Source: Parcubacteria group bacterium
Lineage (GTDB): Bacteria; Patescibacteriota; Minisyncoccia; UBA6257; JACRHW01
NCBI GenBank assembly: GCA_016217555.1
Contig: JACRHW010000017.1
Coordinates: forward strand, 5,093 to 69,092
Reading direction: 5' to 3'
DNA: 64,000 nucleotides
Each line of letters opens with the position of its first letter. Position 1 is the stretch's first letter. Positions 25,998 through 34,215 of this stretch are shown piece by piece. Both the position numbers and the translations under genes were made by a program. A model generated the notes under the pieces. That model did no database searches. It worked only from the letters and a program-made list of their open reading frames with translations, and was not told the origin of the DNA.

Positions 25998-26888
25998 ATG
26001 AACATTATTGGACACAGAAAATTATATTATAGTATCTCAGGCACTGTTATTATTATCTCCCTCGTTGCGCTTGCGTTGTGGGGGTTTAGGTCGGGGATAG
26101 ATTTTACAGGAGGGTCTTCGTGGCAGGTTCGTGCAAGTGGTATCGATGTTGTTGCGGTGACAAAACTTTTTAGCGAAAATGGAATAGAGCATGTGTTTAT
26201 TGAGCAGGGGGCTGGAGGTGAACGAACGCTTCGTTTCGAGGAGGTATCTGAGGGCAAGCACCAACAGCTTTCATCTCAACTCAAAAAAGTATATCCCGAT
26301 CTTGTCGAAGAACAGTTTTCGGTAATTGGACCTACGATCTCCGGCGAGCTTCGTCAAAAGGCAATGTTTGCTATTGTCTTTGTTTTGTTTGGTATCTCTC
26401 TTTATATAGCACTTGTTTTTCGTCAGGTTTCACGCCCACTTTCTTCTTGGGTGTATGGGATAGTAACCCTATTTACATTATTTCATGACGTAGTTGTGCC
26501 TGCGGGTGTTTTTGCCATCCTCGGGCATTTTTGGGGGGTGGAGATTGATTCAAATTTTGTAGTAGCTATGCTTGTAGTAATGGGGTTTTCTGTTCACGAC
26601 ACTATCGTTGTGTTTGATCGCGTACGCGAAAATTTGAAGCGTATTACAAGCAAGGTGTCGTTTGAAGAACTAGTAAATAAAAGTATGCTTGAGACGTTTG
26701 CGCGATCGGTGAACACGTCTCTTACGGTGGTACTTGTTCTTCTTGCTTTGCTTTTCTTCGGTGAACCTAACCTTAGATATTTCATTACGACCCTTCTTAT
26801 TGGTATTCTTACGGGAACATATTCTTCCATATTTATTGCGAGTCCTATTCTCGTTGATATTGCGCTTTTGAAGGCAAAGAGAAAATAG
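25998..26888 (+). CDS. secF: protein translocase subunit SecF
   Basis: GIDFTGG motif and SecF TM bundle, adjacent to secD. Confidence 0.92.
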   Translation: MNIIGHRKLYYSISGTVIIISLVALALWGFRSGIDFTGGSSWQVRASGIDVVAVTKLFSENGIEHVFIEQGAGGERTLRFEEVSEGKHQQLSSQLKKVYPDLVEEQFSVIGPTISGELRQKAMFAIVFVLFGISLYIALVFRQVSRPLSSWVYGIVTLFTLFHDVVVPAGVFAILGHFWGVEIDSNFVVAMLVVMGFSVHDTIVVFDRVRENLKRITSKVSFEELVNKSMLETFARSVNTSLTVVLVLLALLFFGEPNLRYFITTLLIGILTGTYSSIFIASPILVDIALLKAKRK

Positions 26889-26891
26889 ACT

Positions 26892-27004
26892 GGCGCTGTT
26901 TTGAAACACAATATTCCCTGAGCGAAGTCGAAGGGTTTCCTTAGAGAAAGGCAGGCCTTCGACAAGCTCAGGCACTAGTAATTATGAGGTTACCGAACAG
27001 TGCC
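26892..27004. mobile_element. MITE-like element, family H copy 2 (inverted relative to copy 1)
   Basis: ggcgctgttttgaaac ... gaggttaccgaacagtgcc around cctgagcgaagtcgaaggg...gccttcgacaagctcaggc. Confidence 0.7.
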
Positions 27005-27016
27005 AAATAGACTTGA

Positions 27017-27116
27017 CCCCGTTAGAAGTAGACAAAATGTGTTAAAATCTTTAGGCTAAAAATGTGGTATCTAGATGTATTGAATCTTAAAAACGTTTTC
27101 GCTACTTCTAACGGGG
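27017..27116. mobile_element. 100-bp MITE, family I copy 1, TIR ccccgttagaagtag, TSD TTGA
   Basis: TIRs at both ends; TTGA at 27013-27016 and 27117-27120. Confidence 0.75.
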
Positions 27117-27190
27117 TTGACTTAAAACAAAGAATATACCATAAAGAGGTAGAAACATTTTTATGGTATGCGAGGTAGTATACAAAGGGT

Positions 27191-27219
27191 TTGACTTCAA
27201 AATCACTCTGTGTTATATT
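27191..27219 (+). promoter_or_regulatory. sigma70-type promoter TTGACT-17-TATATT
   Basis: TTGACT 27191-27196, TATATT 27214-27219, 19 nt upstream of ATG 27239. Confidence 0.6.
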
Positions 27220-27238
27220 ATCAGCATATAACCACTCT

Positions 27239-28309
27239 ATGCAAAATAAAACTCTTATACAATTAATTCATGATGCGTTGGGGATTTTAAACAAGAGGTC
27301 GAGGATTATCATCGAAAAAAGATACGGTTTGAAAACCGGTAATTTTGTAACTCTTGAGGCGATCGGGCAGGAGTATGGCATTACACGAGAGCGCGTGCGT
27401 CAAATCGAGGCGGCGGCCCTTACCAATCTTAAGAAGCATCGCATGCTTGATGGTCTAGAAGAGCCCATCCAAAAAACCAAAAACCATCTTGCACAATTGG
27501 GGGGTGTCTCTAGAGAGGATGTCCTTCTCGCTGCCGCAGCTCCTTATTTTGGTGTCGAGGATTCTAAAAAATTAAAAGCTTTTTATCCTTACTTCTATTT
27601 TGTTATGGAGCAGTCAGGATTGAAGCACTTGCCAGAAAGTGAGGAGTTTCACTCCGCATGGTATTTAGATACTGCATCGTTTCATCGCGCCAAGGATACT
27701 ATCCAGAAGTTCGAAGCATATCTTGAGGAGGTGGAGCGTCCTTTGGCTGCACATCTCGTTTCAGAACATATCAATCTGTTTTCAAAAAGTGGTACGGCAG
27801 TGAGTGATGAGTATTTGCAGAATCTTATTTCACTTTCAAAATTGTTTGGAAACAATGTCTTTGGGGAATTTGGGCTTGTCTCATGGAAGGAGATTGCGCC
27901 ACGTGGTGCAAGAGACAAGGCATTTCTCGTTCTCAAAAAGCATACAAAGCCACTTCATTTTCGACTTATCACACAACACATTAATGAGGCCAAATTTGCT
28001 CCCAAAAAGAGCCATCCGCTTACCGTCCACAATGAGCTTATTAAGGATAACCGATTCGTGCTCGTGGGGCGTGGGGTATATGCCTTGAAGGAGCGGGGGT
28101 ATGAGGCGGGAACAGTGCGCGATGTACTCAAAAGCCTTCTTCGTAAGAATGGTCCTCTTCCTCTCGCTTCACTTACACAATTGGTAAGCGATCAGCGCTT
28201 AGTTAAAGAAAACACGATCTTACTTAATCTTCAAAATCGTCAACACTTTTTAAAAAGTTCTGATGGGGTGTATACTGTGAAGGGCGATAGTTCAAACAAA
28301 ACAAAATAG
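27239..28309 (+). CDS. DNA-binding protein: sigma-70 region-4 HTH fused to two HARE-HTH-like modules
   Basis: EKRYGL...TLEAIGQEYGITRERVRQIEAAAL (sigma r4); ...FGEFGLVSW and HNELIKDNRFVLVGRGVYAL (HARE-HTH pattern D-x-RF...G-x-Y/W-x-L). Confidence 0.65.
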   Translation: MQNKTLIQLIHDALGILNKRSRIIIEKRYGLKTGNFVTLEAIGQEYGITRERVRQIEAAALTNLKKHRMLDGLEEPIQKTKNHLAQLGGVSREDVLLAAAAPYFGVEDSKKLKAFYPYFYFVMEQSGLKHLPESEEFHSAWYLDTASFHRAKDTIQKFEAYLEEVERPLAAHLVSEHINLFSKSGTAVSDEYLQNLISLSKLFGNNVFGEFGLVSWKEIAPRGARDKAFLVLKKHTKPLHFRLITQHINEAKFAPKKSHPLTVHNELIKDNRFVLVGRGVYALKERGYEAGTVRDVLKSLLRKNGPLPLASLTQLVSDQRLVKENTILLNLQNRQHFLKSSDGVYTVKGDSSNKTK

Positions 28310-28452
28310 GATTTACGCGTTTGGCGCATTTTTTCGTCAGAAACTCCGGTACAGAACGCAGTATATTTTTAATATTGCTTATTCTGATGAATGAAACGAA
28401 TAGTTTCGTTCATCGTTTTCTCCTCGAACTGCATCCAAACGCGTAAATCCTA
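28307..28452. mobile_element. 146-bp MITE-like element (family J) with 18-nt perfect TIR
   Basis: taggatttacgcgtttgg ... ccaaacgcgtaaatccta; internal hairpin gatgaatgaaacga/tcgtttcgttcatc. Confidence 0.7.
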
Positions 28453-28461
28453 CAAAGATTA

Positions 28462-29715
28462 ATGCTTGAGGGAATTTGGTATAGCATACTTATTGTATGG
28501 GGATATGTATGGTGGCTGGCAACGCCACTCATACTTTTTTATGTTTTTTCTGATTTGTGGATGATGTATGTGGGGTTGGAGTATTTTAAGAGTATCGAAT
28601 GGGTTACTCTTGAGGTACGTATTCCTCGTGAAATTTTAAAGACTCCAAAGTCAATGGAGCAGATTTTTAGTGGAATGCATGCCATTCAGGCTTATATTTC
28701 AAACCTAGATAAGATTTTGAAGGGTAAGTTTCAGGAGTGGGTAAGTTTTGAGATAGCAGGGACGGGGGGAGGGGTAAATTTTTATATGCACACTCCTGTT
28801 CAGTTTAGGAATCTTATTGAATCACAAATTTATGCTCAGTATCCTGATGCCGAAGTGATGCCAGTTGATGATTATACACATCTCATTTCCCACAGTATTC
28901 CAAACGAAGAGTACGATATGTGGGGGGTTGATTATGTATTTACAAAACCTAGCCCTTATCCTATCAAAACATATCCACTTTTTGAGGATATAAAAGATGA
29001 GCGTCGTGTCGACCCTCTTTCAAGCGTGATTGAAACAATGAGCCAACTCAAAAGCAATGAGATGATGTGGATTCAGTTGCTTATTAAACCCGCCCCAAAG
29101 GAGTTTAAAGAGGAATCAGATGCAATTATTGATAAGCTTGTGGGTAAGGTGCCAAAGCCCAAGAAGGGTTCCTTTACGGCGTTCGTAGATGGGCTTCTCG
29201 AGTTTACATGGAATCTTGCAAAAGGGCTTGTTGAGTATCCAGAGTGGAAATCTCAGGCTGAGGCGCCAAAAGATGCTGATGCCGCAAAACTTACTCCGGG
29301 TAAAAAAGAAGTACTCGAGGCAGTAGAACACAAGGCATCTCACTTGGCATTTCAGACGGGGCTTCGATTGATCTATATCGATAAGAGGGATAGTTTTACG
29401 CGTGTGAATGTTGCGGCTTTGAGTGGAGGGTTTAAGATTTTTAATACTTCAAATATGAATTCCTTTATGCCAGATTTAATCACTATGCCAAATTCTCGAG
29501 GATGGTTTTGGTTGTTCAAGAAGCAGAAAGAATATATGATGAAGAGGAGTATTGTCGAAGCGTATCGATTGCGCTTGTTTCCCAAGGGAAGCATGGTAAT
29601 GTCGAGTGAAGAGCTTGCAACGATATATCATTATCCTAACTTAAACGTGGCCGCTCCATTTTTACGACGGCTTGAAACAAAGAAGGGGCAACCGCCACCT
29701 AATTTACCCATCTAA
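28462..29715 (+). CDS. hypothetical membrane protein (2 N-terminal TM) upstream of T4CP-like ATPase
   Basis: 417-aa ORF; no family recognised; same strand, 207 nt upstream of the ATPase gene. Confidence 0.65.
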   Translation: MLEGIWYSILIVWGYVWWLATPLILFYVFSDLWMMYVGLEYFKSIEWVTLEVRIPREILKTPKSMEQIFSGMHAIQAYISNLDKILKGKFQEWVSFEIAGTGGGVNFYMHTPVQFRNLIESQIYAQYPDAEVMPVDDYTHLISHSIPNEEYDMWGVDYVFTKPSPYPIKTYPLFEDIKDERRVDPLSSVIETMSQLKSNEMMWIQLLIKPAPKEFKEESDAIIDKLVGKVPKPKKGSFTAFVDGLLEFTWNLAKGLVEYPEWKSQAEAPKDADAAKLTPGKKEVLEAVEHKASHLAFQTGLRLIYIDKRDSFTRVNVAALSGGFKIFNTSNMNSFMPDLITMPNSRGWFWLFKKQKEYMMKRSIVEAYRLRLFPKGSMVMSSEELATIYHYPNLNVAAPFLRRLETKKGQPPPNLPI

Positions 29716-29922
29716 CGAGGGGTTAGGTTTTAGTGTGTTAGGTTCCAAGGGCTAGAAATATCATGATCGTGCCTCGTTTCCTAATAAATCCCGTTAAAGG
29801 TAGAAAAAATAGTTAGTATATATTATTATTCATGTGTTAAAAACTATGCAACTATCTAAAACAGTCGTTTGTACCTACCCCTAACGGGATAAACTAATTC
29901 CTAAAAGCTAGAAGCTAATACA

Positions 29923-31884
29923 ATGTCTGACGCACAATTTGATCTCGCTATTGGGGAGACGAACTTTCGCAACCAACGCGTGAGATTTGGTATTCGCCAA
30001 GACGATCGTAGGCGTCATACATATGTAATAGGTAAAAGCGGTATGGGAAAGAGCGTACTCCTTGAAAATATGGCCATCCAGGATATGGAGGCGGGGCGTG
30101 GTCTCGCATTTATTGATCCTCATGGAGATACCGCTGAGAAGCTTTTGGATTTTGTCCCAAAGTCTCGTATTAACGACGTTATTTACTTTGATCCTTCGGT
30201 GCTTGATCATGCAATCGCCCTTAACCCCATGGAAAATGTATCTATTGATCGGCGTCATCTTGTGGCATCGGGGCTTATGAGCGTGTTTAAGAAAATATGG
30301 CCTGATGTGTGGTCTGCGAGAATGGAATATATTTTGAATAATTGCCTCATGGCGCTTCTTGAGATTCCCGATGCAACACTTCTTGGTGTCATGCGTCTTC
30401 TAAACGACAAGGATTATAGAAAATATGTTATCGATCAGCTTACTGATCCTCTCGTGCGAGATTTTTGGACGAAGGAGTTTGCGCGTTATAAAGACCAGTT
30501 TCAGACGGAGGCAATTGCGCCTATTCAAAATAAGATTGGTCAGCTTACCATGAATCCTCTTATCCGTAATATTATTGGACAACCCAAATCGACCATTGAT
30601 ATTCGAAAAATAATGGATGAAGGAAAGATTTTTTTGGTAAATCTCTCTCGTGGGAGAATTGGAGAGGATAATAGCAGCATCCTTGGTTCTTTGCTCGCCA
30701 CAAAACTTCAGCTCGCAGCTATGAGTAGGATTGATATTCCACGCGAGGAGGACAGAAGAGATTTTTATTTGTATATTGATGAGTTTCAACATTTTGCGAC
30801 GCCGTCATTTGCTGCCATTCTTGCCGAGGCGCGCAAGTTTCATCTCAATCTCATCGTAGCTAATCAATACATGACTCAGATGGATGAGACGGTGCGAGAC
30901 GCCATAGTAGGAAACGTAGGGACTATGATGGTGTTTCGCATTGGTGCAGACGACGCCGAGTTTTTTGAAAAGGAGATGTTCCCTGTATTTCTTATGACTG
31001 ATTTGGTAAATCTTCCTCGTGCCCAAGTTATTATGAAGCTTATGATTGACGGGGCAACTTCTCCGCCTTTTTCCGCAGTGACACTTCCTCCGGCATCAAA
31101 ACCAGAGGTCAGTTTTCGTGATGAGATTTTGAAGGTTACCTACTCCACTTATTCTATTGCTCGTGAACGCGTAGATGAGATTATAAATGAATGGTTGAGT
31201 ACTAATTTTGTTTCTGACAAAGATGGTGGTGTCGATGGCGTCATTCCAGGAGGTGTAGCTCCCCGCGAAGGTGTTGGGGCAAGTCAAGACGTGGGTGTAC
31301 AACCTCAGCGTGAGATGTTTAACGCGGTGTGTTGGAATTGTACCGCAGAGACGCAGATTCCTTTTCAGCCCGATCCAAAGTGTGCAGTATATTGCAAAAA
31401 CTGTCTTAAACTTATTCAAGCCGGGAAGATTCTTCCACCGACGCGTCCAAGAGGTGGAGCACCTCTTCCGTCACAAGTACAACAGCAAAGCGCACCTCCT
31501 ATGCCGCCGTCACCACTACAAGCACAACAACCCGTCGTGAAACGGCAAGATGTTTCGTCTGTTCGCCAAGAAACTCCAATAGTAAAGGAATCACAGCAAG
31601 CACCTCGCCCACAATATGTTTCCGGGCAACATATGTCTTCCCAACCTCAAGCGCCGCAGTCTTCTGGGTCATCAGAGCAACCACCTATGCAACAATCGCA
31701 ACAAAACATTTCTTCGAGGTCACAACCTCTACAGGTACAACATTCATCTGCGACATCGTATCTCGACACTATGCTTAAGCAAGCTCCACCTCGCGAGGCG
31801 CGCAAGTTTGCTCCCCCAAAAAAGGAGGTAAATCTCGACGAGCTCAAAAAAGCGATTGAGGAATCTTTGAAGTCTGTGAAGTGA
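29923..31884 (+). CDS. VirD4/TraD (type IV coupling protein)-like P-loop ATPase fused to CxxC-x17-CxxC zinc ribbon and Q/P/S-rich tail
   Basis: Walker A GKSGMGKS, Walker B FYLYIDEFQHF, FIDPHGD; C-terminal CWNC-x17-CKNC; no TM segment. Confidence 0.8.
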   Translation: MSDAQFDLAIGETNFRNQRVRFGIRQDDRRRHTYVIGKSGMGKSVLLENMAIQDMEAGRGLAFIDPHGDTAEKLLDFVPKSRINDVIYFDPSVLDHAIALNPMENVSIDRRHLVASGLMSVFKKIWPDVWSARMEYILNNCLMALLEIPDATLLGVMRLLNDKDYRKYVIDQLTDPLVRDFWTKEFARYKDQFQTEAIAPIQNKIGQLTMNPLIRNIIGQPKSTIDIRKIMDEGKIFLVNLSRGRIGEDNSSILGSLLATKLQLAAMSRIDIPREEDRRDFYLYIDEFQHFATPSFAAILAEARKFHLNLIVANQYMTQMDETVRDAIVGNVGTMMVFRIGADDAEFFEKEMFPVFLMTDLVNLPRAQVIMKLMIDGATSPPFSAVTLPPASKPEVSFRDEILKVTYSTYSIARERVDEIINEWLSTNFVSDKDGGVDGVIPGGVAPREGVGASQDVGVQPQREMFNAVCWNCTAETQIPFQPDPKCAVYCKNCLKLIQAGKILPPTRPRGGAPLPSQVQQQSAPPMPPSPLQAQQPVVKRQDVSSVRQETPIVKESQQAPRPQYVSGQHMSSQPQAPQSSGSSEQPPMQQSQQNISSRSQPLQVQHSSATSYLDTMLKQAPPREARKFAPPKKEVNLDELKKAIEESLKSVK

Positions 31885-31885
31885 C

Positions 31886-31957
31886 CTTGTATTTAGTATA
31901 TCGTATCTTGTATAGTGTATGAATCCGCCGCAGGCGGATTATATCAGATACTATATG
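31886..31957. repeat. 'gtatct-word' element copy C2 with central aatccgcc/ggcggatt hairpin
   Basis: ccttgtatttagtatatcgtatcttgtatagtgtat gaatccgccgcaggcggatt atatcagatactata. Confidence 0.6.
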
Positions 31958-32524
31958 TTAACTATCAACGATCTTGAACCAAAATTAGTTGTGTCAATCG
32001 AGGGTGATCCCTATCAAATTCTCGAGGTGTCTCATCAGCACATTGGTCGCGGAGGATCAAACGTGCAGACGCGCATTAAAAACTTGAGAACAGGTGCTGT
32101 TTTGAGTAGAAATTTTAAACCTGCCGATAAATTCGAAGAGGTAGAAGTAGAGAAAAAACCAGTGAAGTTTTTGTATATGAATAAGGGGGAGTACTGGTTT
32201 TGTGAGGAGGATAAGCCTGCCAACCGATTTACCTTAGCGTCGGAGGCGTTGGGGGAGAGTGCTATTTTTTTAAAACCGAATACTCCAGTCGAGGCCATTA
32301 TGGCGGACGAGAAGCTTCTTAACATTGAACTTCCTGTCAAGATGGATCTTAAGGTTGTTGAAGCTCCACCAAGTATCCGTGGCAATACTGCTCAGGGGGG
32401 GACAAAAATCGTAAAACTCGAAACAGGGGCCGAGGTAGCCGTACCTCTTTTTATCAACGAGGGAGACACTGTGCGTGTAAATACGCAAACGAAACTCTAC
32501 GTAGAAAGAGTCGAGAAATTCTAA
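31955..32524 (+). CDS. efp: elongation factor P
   Basis: full-length EF-P fold pattern; ATG 31955 preferred (the upstream 12 codons are repeat-derived). Confidence 0.9.
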   Translation: MLTINDLEPKLVVSIEGDPYQILEVSHQHIGRGGSNVQTRIKNLRTGAVLSRNFKPADKFEEVEVEKKPVKFLYMNKGEYWFCEEDKPANRFTLASEALGESAIFLKPNTPVEAIMADEKLLNIELPVKMDLKVVEAPPSIRGNTAQGGTKIVKLETGAEVAVPLFINEGDTVRVNTQTKLYVERVEKF

Positions 32525-32564
32525 TATTCCTTGAGCGAGGTCGAAGGGCTATTATACTTGTTTG

Positions 32565-32592
32565 TCATTCCCGCGCAGGCGGGAATCCAGTG
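32565..32592. repeat. VIPAQAGIQ-type palindrome (family G)
   Basis: gtcattcccgcgcaggcgggaatccag. Confidence 0.7.
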
Positions 32593-32616
32593 TAAATAAA
32601 TCGCATCCTATATATT

Positions 32617-32748
32617 TCTCACCCATTCGCCACTCCAGCGTGCGGCTCACTCATCCACAGACGCTTCGTTGTCAACCCAACTCATTCTGATTCGGAGTTG
32701 ACAACACCCTGCTCCGCGTCTGCGGAATGGTTCGAAATACATGTGTTG
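32617..32748. repeat. structured repeat family F copy 2
   Basis: ccacagacgcttcgttgtcaaccc...ggagttgacaacaccctgctccgcgtctgcggaatggttcgaaatac. Confidence 0.85.
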
Positions 32749-32767
32749 TGATTCAGAAAATTTTATA

Positions 32768-32902
32768 CGTATCAGCTCACAAGACTGAGTGGAAAAATAA
32801 GATAGTGCCTGAGCTTGTCGAAGGCCTACCATAAGGAAACCCTTCGACTTCGCTCAGGGACTATAGATAAAGACTAACTTACTCAGAGTTGTGAGCTGAT
32901 AC
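32768..32902. mobile_element. nested palindromic element: outer TIR gtatcagctcacaagactgagt, inner PELVEG-type hairpin
   Basis: atcagctcacaagactgagt ... actcagagttgtgagctgat flanking gcctgagcttgtcgaaggc...cccttcgacttcgctcagg. Confidence 0.65.
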
Positions 32903-32975
32903 TTTTACACCTATTGACTAAACTACACCGTTTGTGGTATTTTTGTTTTAGCACATAGAAAAAGGAGGTAGTGAG

Positions 32976-33752
32976 ATGAAAACACGGCAGCGTGTATTTT
33001 GTGGGGAGATGCGCAGTAAAGCGCGGTTGGAGCATGGTCTTATTGAGATTCTTGAAAGTTATCAGGGAGAATTAGGGCACGTATCTGTCTTTTGTGTTCC
33101 GGTGAGGGTTAATCGAAGAGGCGTTGACATTGCCACGTGTATTTCAGGTCAAAGGGGGATAACCCCAAAGGATCTTGAGATATGTCTTGTTTCCGAAGAG
33201 GAAGATGATTTTATCGTTAATGGACAAAAAATTACGAAACCGGAAGGCTGGGGGCTTGTGGGTGGTGGTGTGGACATTGTCGATATTTTGAATGATGGTG
33301 GTGAAAAGGAACGCCCGCTTCCAAAAGAAAAGAAAAATGCCATTGTTCGTGAACTACTGAACAAAGCTACCACCGACGAACTTCTTGTGATTATTGAAAG
33401 TGCACTCTATCGAGAAGTTCGTGAAGAGGCTGGTCTCACTGTTGATCCTTTCTGGGGATTGTTCAAGATTGATCCGAAGGAAAATGATGATGGAACGGTG
33501 AATATTGTTGTTACTGTGCTTTGCGAAGTACTTAGTATGTCTGACGAGAGGGATGAGGAGGAGATTCGGGAAAAGCGTTTTTTCCTCACGGAACATATTG
33601 TTGAGGCAATCAAGACCGCACCGATTGTTCCAGGAAAACCGCGCTGGATGTATACTTCGCATGCAAGACGGCTTAGAAAGATTTTAACTTTTTTCGGAAG
33701 GGATTTTGAGGGTGTAATAACCGCCCTTCAACACATGTTTGGTAAATATTAA
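32976..33752 (+). CDS. Nudix-like hydrolase with a long insertion in the Nudix box
   Basis: REVREEAGL (REUxEExGU) present; upstream G/E spacing atypical. Confidence 0.5.
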   Translation: MKTRQRVFCGEMRSKARLEHGLIEILESYQGELGHVSVFCVPVRVNRRGVDIATCISGQRGITPKDLEICLVSEEEDDFIVNGQKITKPEGWGLVGGGVDIVDILNDGGEKERPLPKEKKNAIVRELLNKATTDELLVIIESALYREVREEAGLTVDPFWGLFKIDPKENDDGTVNIVVTVLCEVLSMSDERDEEEIREKRFFLTEHIVEAIKTAPIVPGKPRWMYTSHARRLRKILTFFGRDFEGVITALQHMFGKY

Positions 33753-33756
33753 CATA

Positions 33757-33790
33757 AAAAATACCCCCACCGATTGGGGGATTTTATTTA
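33757..33790 (+). terminator. rho-independent terminator
   Basis: ccccc-accgatt-ggggg + T run. Confidence 0.7.
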
Positions 33791-34185
33791 AGTGGGGATT
33801 TATAAGATTGAATGTATTGTACAATTTATGGACAAAGAGAACTCCGTGTGCTATTTTTACTTCAGCTCATTTTCGGAACACAAACGTACTCAACTTCCCG
33901 AAGAGGTGAATACCTTTTTCCGGTGAGGGAAGATCTCTCCAATTATTGCCTTGTTTTTGAAAGAGGAAAATGCTCGTGAGTGTTTCGACGCAAATGATCT
34001 TAAGCCTTGTGACGCGCGCTGGAAATTGCAGACACAGGAAGTCTTAGAAACAATTGGTTCCGATCACTCGGTCTTCATTCCTGCCAAGCCCCCCTTCGCA
34101 ATTTCATTTTAATATAATTTGTCGCCAAACCAATGGCGGCTTTTTCTTACTCCACGGACTCCTGCCCGCAGTTTTCGAGGGGTAA

Positions 34186-34211
34186 TAAAAAACCGCCCTA
34201 TGGCGATTTTC
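34186..34211 (-). terminator. terminator for the minus-strand Ntn-hydrolase gene (bidirectional hairpin)
   Basis: aaaaaaccgcc-ctat-ggcgatttt. Confidence 0.65.
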
Positions 34212-34215
34212 TGTG

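Noticed and set aside
26594-26975. Minus-strand ORFs of 123 and 101 aa beginning MPELVEG / overlapping the secF 3' end
   Set aside because: They are generated by the PELVEG-type palindromic repeat and are antisense to secF. The same repeat creates false starts at 44762 and 45881.
31919-31954. N-terminal extension of efp (MNPPQADYIRYY)
   Set aside because: It is encoded by the aatccgcc/ggcggatt hairpin and the gtatct-word repeat. The conserved EF-P sequence starts at ATG 31955.
33924-33926. In-frame TGA considered as evidence for an alternative genetic code (UGA=Gly/Trp)
   Set aside because: Many conserved genes here terminate at TGA (ATPase, MNT, trmD). Long conserved ORFs contain no internal TGA. 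The tRNA-Trp has a CCA anticodon.
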